A stretch of 64,000 bases of DNA from Lingula anatina (lineage: Eukaryota; Animalia; Brachiopoda): the NCBI GenBank assembly GCA_051362555.1, contig CM120648.1, positions 6,258,587-6,322,586 of the forward strand, read 5' to 3'. The notes below the pieces were generated by a model. It ran no database searches and was not told the origin of the DNA. It saw nothing but the letters and a program-made list of their open reading frames with translations. Below are positions 55,347-64,000 of the stretch, in pieces. The stretch's first letter is position 1. Every line of letters begins with the position of its first letter. The position numbers and the translations under genes were made by a program.

Positions 55347-56568
55347 CCGAAGCTAGCTTTAAAAAGTTACAAATATGATCCATAAAAAAGACACGGCACG
55401 AAAGTTATAAATATGATCCTTATAAACAGTGCCAAGTATAGCATTCAAAAGCTGGCGTTCGGTTGCCAGCATTGGCTGAATCATCAAGATGACCGTCACG
55501 AACGCGACACCTGCCACTGTTATAATCCAACGATTGAATCACTGTTAACCTTCACGTTTTATTTCAAGGACGGTGAAAAATAAAGAAAATATATTCCTGG
55601 TATTATTGACATTTCAGTTGAGAGCGTGTTACCTAAACCTGCCACATTTTCAAGTCTTCCTTTTATTTAATAAAAAGAAACTGAGCGAAACCCGCTTTCT
55701 ATAGCTTTTTCTACTATATCTTAAGATAAGGGCACGAAAGTTACCTACTCTGAAAATTGCAGAAAAATGCTGTAAATGGAGTAATTTTTCCTGACATCTG
55801 AAATTCGGGGTTTGCTATTCCAAACTTTCTCTATTCCGAAGGCCATGGGCTCGCTATTCAGAACATGGGTTCGCTATACATAGCGTAGAACTAGTTTCAA
55901 GCCTGATAAAGGTTAATCTTAAAATATGTTTAAGACGAACCTACAAAAACAACAACAGTAAGCAAAGTGGAAAAAAAGAAAAGAAAATATACTGATAACC
56001 TGCTTCAAGGAATCAGTCCTTATAATGCGTTTTTTAAACGTGATAACTACAATTCATTTTCAGTCCATTCAAACAAAATGTGTTTGAACAAGGAGGTGAA
56101 ATAGCAATAAAATATGTACGCAAACCCTTGAGACGACACTCATCCATTTTCTTGGAACGTAATTTAATGACACAACATGCAGAGTGCTTCAAATTTACCT
56201 TTTATATATTCCATGCCATTAAAAAAAAAAGAAAGTAAGGATATCAGAAATGCTCATTGATTTATTTGTCTCATTCTTATATTTTGGTACGTGACAATGT
56301 GCGTCCCAGGAGAACGTTTGAGTATGATTTACATGAAAGACAATTTGGCACGCTTTAATTTGTGGGTGATAATTCGAAAATCTTATTTCAGTCATTGCAC
56401 ATCTGTTTGGTAATCTTTTAATTGCGCGCCTTACTGATGTTGATAAAGTTTCTGAGATTTACGTTAGGCAGTTACGAATTCCGTTAAATCATACTATTTA
56501 AAGTGCTTGGAGAAAATTGAAATGTAAAATTTGAAATAGTACTTTACAAATTCGACGTAAAACTGACT

Positions 56569-56583
56569 GCGCGCGCGCGCGCG

Positions 56584-56624
<41 letters not shown>
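56569..56624. repeat. Compound (GC)12(AC)16 microsatellite
   Basis: Direct read. Confidence 0.95.
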
Positions 56625-56627
<3 letters not shown>

Positions 56628-57919
56628 GGCGCGCACATAAAAACGCGCGAACATCACAACTGCCTAAATGCAAAAAACAAACAGAAAAAAAAAGATTTCT
56701 AGAACCAACGAGACCTACCTCTAAATTTGCATTTATTAGTAGGCCTATTGGGTAAATGCAATTCCGTCTGGAAGAAACAAAAGTCCTGCAATAATCTTTA
56801 CCTTGAGAGCTCTAAACCTTGTCCAGCGTTGATGAGGTACACCATACCAGTGATATCTCAAATCAGTAGCAACCGATACCACAGGAGGCAACGTGACCTT
56901 TGCAAGGTCAATCCGAAAGAGGTAAATAAAAGGCACGTTTACACTAGACCCAAACAGACCGACGCGAATGACGCAGATGCCATTTTGCCATGTAGTGTTG
57001 ACTGTAAGCCGATTGATTGATTTTTGAAGGTCAACATTTATCGATGATTGGGGTGTTTAGGGATGTGATGCGTTCCACCACAGCTAAGGTTATTGCAAAG
57101 TGCGGCATTTCCAATATTTCATCCTTTAGACCGATCGATTTTATCTTTATGTAAACGCGACAAGTTTGACCTTGTTTGACCTTTTTGGGGTTATTTAAGT
57201 AGGCACAGTGTGCCGCTGCTGTGCACAAGAAACAAATGAACACAGTAAACCAGTGCTTGGCTGATGGAGGATGGGCTGTAGGGTGCAAGTTTAGATTCGG
57301 AATCGGCCGGGTTTGCCCAAAAATCTGTTCGATATTAGAATTGAACCGGTCCGGGACAAAAAGCCGCCAGAATAAGGCCATATTAGTATTGTTTTTGCGA
57401 CATCCTTCAGTACGGATGGGAAACCGTGCGTTATGAAGCATTTGTTCTCATTTACCCAAAAGTGTTGCTATCTTTTTTTTATTCATAATTAAAAAGTTTT
57501 AAATAAATCTATATATTTAAAGTCAAGGATCCGGAGTAATTTCCCAACCGAAAAACTGCTGTGTTGTGAAAGTTTTGTGCGTTGCATTAAAAAATTTAAA
57601 AAGTGAAAATCGGGCGTTGTCTAAACGCACTTATGTTCGTTTTGAGACAGTGATATACCCCCTACGCCGAAAATTTATGTTGCTAATTATCGCAAAGTGC
57701 CAGTCAAATGCACTGTAAATTACGGTGTTAAAAAAACAGGATATTTTGTATCAGAACGGATTCCAAGTGACACTTTTCCCATGACTACCATCCCCGTCAT
57801 AAGGGCTTAGGTCTACTGCACAGATCTGTTAACGCAGGTGCATCACATGCACTTGAATTTGATCGTAAAAATGGATTCTACGGTGTTCTTTCCCGCCTCC
57901 ATTTTATTTGTGTCTTTAA

Positions 57920-58134
57920 GGCTCTATTCCCAGAGCTTTTAGATCGATCTATCCCCGCGGGGAGTCTCACTAGATTACTGTCAGATAATCCGGCTTAAAT
58001 GTCCGTCCCGCCTACTACAAGCTGTAAGGGGGTAATTAACATTCGTGTCAGCTCGGCTGACAGCTATTTAGCGTGAACCCCCAGGGAGTTAGGTCGATCT
58101 AAAGTAGATCGATCTAATTTCTGGAAATGGGGTC
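57920..58134 (+). mobile_element. MITE family A (PIF/Harbinger-like), 215 bp
   Basis: TAA on both flanks. High identity to the two other copies. Confidence 0.85.
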
Positions 58135-58137
58135 TAA

Positions 58138-58374
58138 GGGACCATTACCGGACCCTATCGTGTTAGCCGTAGATCGATCTATCTCCTAGGGGATTCTGGC
58201 TTAATGGCAGCAAACTTAAGTGGCTTAGATGTCTGTCGCGCCCACTGAAGCTGCTAGGGGTAATTAATTATCGTTTAGCAGCTTCATTACGCGTGCCAGA
58301 CATCTAAGCCGCCTAAGCTGAAAGCAATTTAGCGAGAAACCCTGTTAGATCGATCTAGGTATGGGAACCCAGTG
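58138..58374 (+). mobile_element. MITE related to family A, abutting the previous copy
   Basis: TAA flanks, AGATCGATCTA at both ends, internal palindromes (ggcttagatgtctg/cagacatctaagcc; tgaagctgcta/tagcagcttca). Confidence 0.75.
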
Positions 58375-60129
58375 TAAGTGATCGGTCTTTGAGTTAATGA
58401 ATCTCAGTGATGTTTGATTTATATTCAGAGGCACCTCTTAACCCTGGAGTTCCCACTGCTTATATATTTCACTCATTTTTATTTCAGCATCATCCCTGTC
58501 AACGACTTCTGTCAGTGAATCGTCAAAATCGCCCAATGCTACCCCCTTACAGATATGGTAGCGCAGATACCGACCCAGTCGAGTTTTCTTTTCATTCTAA
58601 AAGCACCTCTTTTTGGAACACTGGTCAACAAAACAACAGAGAGGCTGCCATATCTTACCCTGGATGTTTTCTAAGAAATTATGACATTTGGTAGACGTTT
58701 TTTAACACATCGGGTCTGATCAAAACAGCAGATCTACTAATGAGGTTTTCACACATATTACATTAATCACCAAGGCTTATTCTAAACAAAACCTTCGGAA
58801 AGGTGTGTAAATTGAAAACGTTTTTCCTCTACCTAGAAAAGGCTTTTGGCATTAGTACGTCATTACAAGGAGCTGGTTGTTTTTCTCCAAAAGGCGCGGC
58901 CGTGTTGTTGTTGAAAATGCCAGTCAAATTACTTATCAAATCTCTTGAACTTTTTTAAACAACTAAAAAAAAGAAAAAAAATGAAGAAATCTTTTCAGCT
59001 TAGCATATTAATTGAAAAAATTATCAAACGCGGGTAGCATACCTTTCATAACGAACAAACATTTTACGGTCAAAAGGACCGCCCCACCCTGAGCTCCAGA
59101 GATTACTTGAAACTTGCCTCTACGCTATACCAAAACCTTACAAGTAACCAAACCCCACTGAAAACATGTGAAATGAGATTGAAAATCAAGTGTCGAAGGA
59201 TCGCCCCTTTACCAGAAATGCCAATATAGCCCCCTAACGGCTGTCTATGCCCAGAAGGGTGGTGGCCATATTGAGATCACGTGGCTATCCTACAAAAGGG
59301 TTTACACTAACATAGTCACATGCGTTTTGTAAAGGCATACCACGGGTTTGTAAACATGTACATGTAGTTAGGACACTTACTTGACACAACCAGTTTTCAA
59401 TAAAATACCAATTGAAAAACCTAAGAAAGCCAGCTTTTTTCACCTTTCAGCAAAATGGTGCAATACTTTTGTCACCCCACTGTATATTGGGGGCAGTAAC
59501 GAGAAATGACCCCCCCAGAAGACACTTAAATGCGTCTGAACGCAATACCAGGCCAAAGGCTCGTGACGCATGGCGTAATCATCAATCATCCGGAATATAG
59601 GTCGATTAGAGATCAATTAGGCATCAATCACACTGAGTCTGCTGGAAAACTACCTTAACTATTATACGTTAATAATAAGGTGTTGTCTTAAATGGAGAGG
59701 GCAGAGCCCTGCTGATAATACATAGGCTAACAGATGAGTTTGCAGGTGCGTATCCATGTAAAATGGCGCCACTGACAAGGGTTAAAATTGCACCCATGTT
59801 CTAAGCTTCTGCACACCTTCCAGATACCATAAACATGCAATATAAAAGAAGGGCGTCACTCCACGGGGCCTTAACATGACAGTTACAGTAGAGCTTGTTG
59901 AACATCGCTGACGACTATATCTGGTTGATACAAACCGCTTCTCTCGTTAACTCCCGAAGAGATCAAAATACCCCATAAAGCGACTTTCTTCCAGCCTTTA
60001 ATAAATGACACCCTTTCAAATGTCACCGTTGCACCTACCCTACCCTCATTAAACAAGACTTAGTTTTCAGGAATCTGTGGCCCTTTTTCCGTTAAGCGGT
60101 ACAGTTCTTGCAACATGTAACTAAGTGAA

Positions 60130-60299
60130 GGCCGCGTTCACAACAGCGGACTAACTAAATGGCGACTCACTTAAAAGCTTGCCGTCTTATCCAATAATAG
60201 ACACTGAATAGATTCCTCGCGGGCACTACGCAACAAGCATTGAAGTGGGTCGGCCATATTTGGTCCGCGGATCTGTTAGTCCGCTGTTCTGAATGCACT
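60130..60299. mobile_element. Family B MITE
   Basis: cagcggactaac / gttagtccgctg inverted repeat. gtgggtcggccatatt is shared with 26351-26555. Confidence 0.7.
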
Positions 60300-60407
60300 T
60301 CCTTCCACAAGGTGCCATTCACTCAGGTTAACTGGCGCGGTAACTCCGTTTTAGTGACTCTTTTATGTGTTATCCAGGCTATGAAGTTGTCCATCTCTCA
60401 AACTGGA

Positions 60408-60573
60408 CCGGTGTAACGAAACTAAGCTTAAGGGAACTGCCGCCCCCCTTTTAGTTATAATGGTTAGGGTTAGCCTGACCTAAGTGGGACAAAATCTAGG
60501 GCGAGGCTTACCTGTACAAACGAATGGGAAGAGGACTCTCTATCATGGGGGACTCTCTGTCCCGTTACTCCGG
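60408..60573 (-). mobile_element. CCGG-ended MITE
   Basis: TIRs ccggtgtaacg / cgttactccgg. Shares tagggcgaggcttacctg with 38300-38453 (reverse). Confidence 0.65.
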
Positions 60574-61073
60574 TACAGAAAACTGTACCGTTCCATGTGA
60601 AGAAGTCCTCGGAAAGTCAGGGCTGGCCCACCAAGTGCAGACTATTGATTTCCACTCTAAAGACAATAGGGCGGTTTTATTACGCATCGAAACGTAATCT
60701 ATATGATCTCAACAATCCCCTTTGCATTGTGAGTGTCATTTTGGTGATTAAGTTTCAGAACATAATCTCTATCATCCCAACGCTTCTTATTGTATTGCTA
60801 GAGCACCGGCTGATTTTTTGTAATTGATCTGTGCAATTCCTAATCACTGCCGCTAACGATTCAGAGCTCTTTTCTATTAAGTTTAGTACTATTGTCAAAA
60901 TATAGCATATCAAAATACTACATAAAAACACACCCCGCACACAAGGACAGTAGAAAAGAACACATGATATTCAACCGATAATCACAACGTTTTTGAACAT
61001 GATATTACTGTCAAACATCATTGAATCTTATCCTCTATCAATTTGTCAAACACCATCACCAAAGGTTTATTTT

Positions 61074-61077
<4 letters not shown>

Positions 61078-61121
<44 letters not shown>
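61078..61121. repeat. (TA)n microsatellite
   Basis: Direct read. Confidence 0.95.
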
Positions 61122-61125
<4 letters not shown>

Positions 61126-61364
61126 TAAAATATTGAAAGATGTTCATCAAAACAATGACAGTATGGTCGACAATTATGTTGAAATATTTGCTTAGAAACA
61201 TTTTTTCTAAACAGAGGTAAAGGAATTATTACATTATGAACGAGAGCAGAACTGGATTAGGAAACAACAAAATGAGTTATAAGCGCCGTCTTCTGTAGTT
61301 TTTTTTATTATTTTTTCTATTTTTTGCTATATTTTACATGTGTTGCGAAGTAAAAGTGAATTTA

Positions 61365-61403
<39 letters not shown>

Positions 61404-62312
61404 ATAAAACAATATGACAGAAGCTATATCCCCTGTGCAAGAACAAAAATCAAGGCTATACTTACCAAGCACCAGCACACGTACAGTCGGGTCGTCGGTG
61501 GCAGTTGTTTAGTTTTGGACAATGGCGCGACGCATCGCACAGCCAACAGGTCCGTCCTATACTTTCTAATAGACTATAATGCACAACCAAACATTTGACC
61601 AAGTGCCAATTGTATCCCAGAATCCTTTGCAAAATTTCCAAGACACACGACATTGCCTAATCTTTGGACCATAAACGGAAGGTAGTTTGCGCGTGTGATT
61701 AGGGCCAGCTGACGTCATACGGCTCTTGGACATGTATAATTACTACGAAATTCGCTGTCAATAACTAGAAAAGTCAAACACAGATGCTGCCGTGCATTTG
61801 GAGAGCATATAGCAGATCAATCGTCTTGTGTTAATAAAAGAAAACGGCTTAGAAATAAAGATAATTTATGGTCTGAATACCAGTAGTAGTGATGCCAACA
61901 ATGGGATTTAAAAGAACGAATGCTGTAGCTTTGGAAATGATTTCATATATATCTACAATCCATGGGGATGTGTTACATTGTAACAGAAGGATATTAGATC
62001 TTGTAGTGCTAGGCATTGACAGAGCCAGGGACGCTAGGTACAGCAAAGCGTGGCGCTCATGGCTGTAAGCGTCAAGCCGGGCGCAGTTTTTCAAAAGAAC
62101 TGTAAACCAAAAATTGTCCGAAATATAATTTGAACCAATATAAATCAGTAGTAGTTCACTTAAATTAAGTATATGCCGACCAGTAGCTGGGTAAGGGTGG
62201 TGGGTGGGTGGGTGGGCGGGTGGGGGTTCTCAGCAATGGCCACATACACCTACCAGGGCGACAGAATGATTTTCCACAGATATTCACAGATATGTCTATA
62301 GATTAAGACTAA

Positions 62313-62519
62313 GGCTGTGTTCAGAATAGAAGTTATCATAGTACAGTGTAGAAAGGTCGATCTATCGCAGCAGGGATTCTCGCTTAGGCGCAGTCAATGT
62401 AATCAGCTGGCACGTCCCCCTGGCAAAGCAACAAGAACAATGTTATGGACCAGAAAGTTTTCCGACTTTTAGTTACGAGGGGGCGTGCCTGTGTGATAAC
62501 TTATATTCTGAACACAACC
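62313..62519. mobile_element. MITE family C
   Basis: ggctgtgttcagaatagaagttatca / tgataacttatattctgaacacaacc. Internal ctggcacgtccccct is shared with 17699-17895. Confidence 0.7.
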
Positions 62520-63566
62520 TGAAACGGAAACAAAACTCGGCACAGCTTGCGGTGCGACAGAAAGAACAGATCGAATATGCCTTGTGTGAACGTACACCTT
62601 TGCATATACTTTATTAAATCTCACGATCCAACGCCTTCAGTCGATAGAGTAATTTAGATGGAATTAAAAGAGAAAAAAATACTTCGTTATTTGTATGACC
62701 TACAGCTTGCTGCCAACACGACTATTCATCAAATACAAAACCCAATTACCGCGGGATATAATCTATAAGAAAAAAATCGACTCTATAGGAACCGACTCGA
62801 CCAGGGCCTAAATTTTATACGAAATCCTCCATCCGATGTTATCAATCTACAGCAATGAAGGAATAGTTTTCCAATGGAATTAATAAGATAAAAATCAAAC
62901 TTCTTTTGAAAACTAAATTGATGCGTTTATTCTTTGGCAAAGTAGAATGATGCAAGTCCATAATGAGAGAATTTCGATGTGATTTGTAGACCACAAATAC
63001 AGGAAAATGTCTCATTTTGCTATTACTTCTAGAGGCTCTACAATGCAGGAATGAATGAAGGAAGGAAAAGGGAGGGAGGGAGGGGGAGGGAAGGCAGGAA
63101 AGAATGGGCGGTTTTCAAACATTATACAATGTAGGGTCCCACTCTGACTTGTAAGAAGTCACCAGTCTCTTTCGCGCTTAGTGCGCGTGCGCAGGACAGT
63201 TTTGTCCCTGAACGCCCGAGTCGCGCCACACGAGTGAGAGGTGTGATAGAAGTGCTGAAAGATCAAATTAAATAACCCGAAAGTGGAGGAAAGTCAAATA
63301 CTTCTCGTTAACGTTCACTTGGCATTTCAAATGAAGTGTTTGCAATCGCTTTGAAAGTTTATTCAATTGATCGCCACTTCTCGGAAAATCGTTCAAACAA
63401 TTTGGTTAATGTCGGTACATTTTGATATCTTCTTATCAACGTATTCATGCATTCAAATTGGACATCTTTTAAGCAACTCTACTGTCTGTCTGTCTGTCCA
63501 GTTACTCTCAAACTGCTTTGAAGCATGCAAATTGGCGACAAATCCCGATGAGAATCATGATGATGA

Positions 63567-63570
<4 letters not shown>

Positions 63571-63610
<40 letters not shown>
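63571..63610. repeat. (GA)n microsatellite
   Basis: Direct read. Confidence 0.95.
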
Positions 63611-63614
<4 letters not shown>

Positions 63615-64000
63615 TCATAAACAAGTGATTGACGATCCAAGAACTAACCGAAGACTGGTTGTATTTGATGTTTTAAAACATTTCTGATTTAACGAATTAC
63701 GTAGACAGTCGCGTCTTCCGCTCCTCCGTGTTTTGTCTGTTACAAGGAAATAACGACATACGGAGAGGATATGTAATTTTATTGAGTAGTTGCATCGTTT
63801 TTAAGGTTTGAATTGGGACAGATAAGTATAGTTTTGTGAGATATTTAGATATAGTCGAAAATGACTTTCGGAGATTTCCACACGCGGACAGCAGACCTTT
63901 ATCTTTCGCTCCTCTACTTTTAAATTTCCCGGTTGCAAGAAAGGCGATGCATCTTCAGAAAATTCAGTGATTGCTAGTTGATTAACTCTTCGCAAAAATG

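Noticed and set aside
61366-61399. Poly-A run as a retroposon tail
   Set aside because: I could not find a recognisable SINE/LINE body or flanking target-site duplication.

Overview
AT-rich, intron-containing animal DNA, probably from an invertebrate and plausibly a lophotrochozoan (inferred from gene content, not proven). 1-15 kb is a compact, CpG-poor block of three spliced genes whose exons I reconstructed by hand: the 3' part of an acetyl-CoA hydrolase/CoA-transferase (+), a complete NSUN5 rRNA m5C methyltransferase (-, 8 exons, 566 aa) and a complete allantoinase (+, 11 exons, 459 aa) head-to-head with NSUN5. A rhodopsin-class orphan GPCR with a very long third intracellular loop lies at 18120-19994 (-). 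The remaining ~44 kb has no credible intact gene. It holds a decayed Tc1/mariner transposase, many fold-back MITEs (several nested, with 3-bp target-site duplications), a 56-bp E-box/CTCF-like tandem array and microsatellites. I cannot show a wholly new biological system. The strongest oddities are (i) a 9-copy tandem expansion of an allantoinase exon end plus its splice donor, where only the first donor yields protein, alongside two other splice-junction duplications in the same gene; (ii) a GC-AG intron in each of the three neighbouring genes; (iii) the E-box/CTCF-like array upstream of the GPCR.
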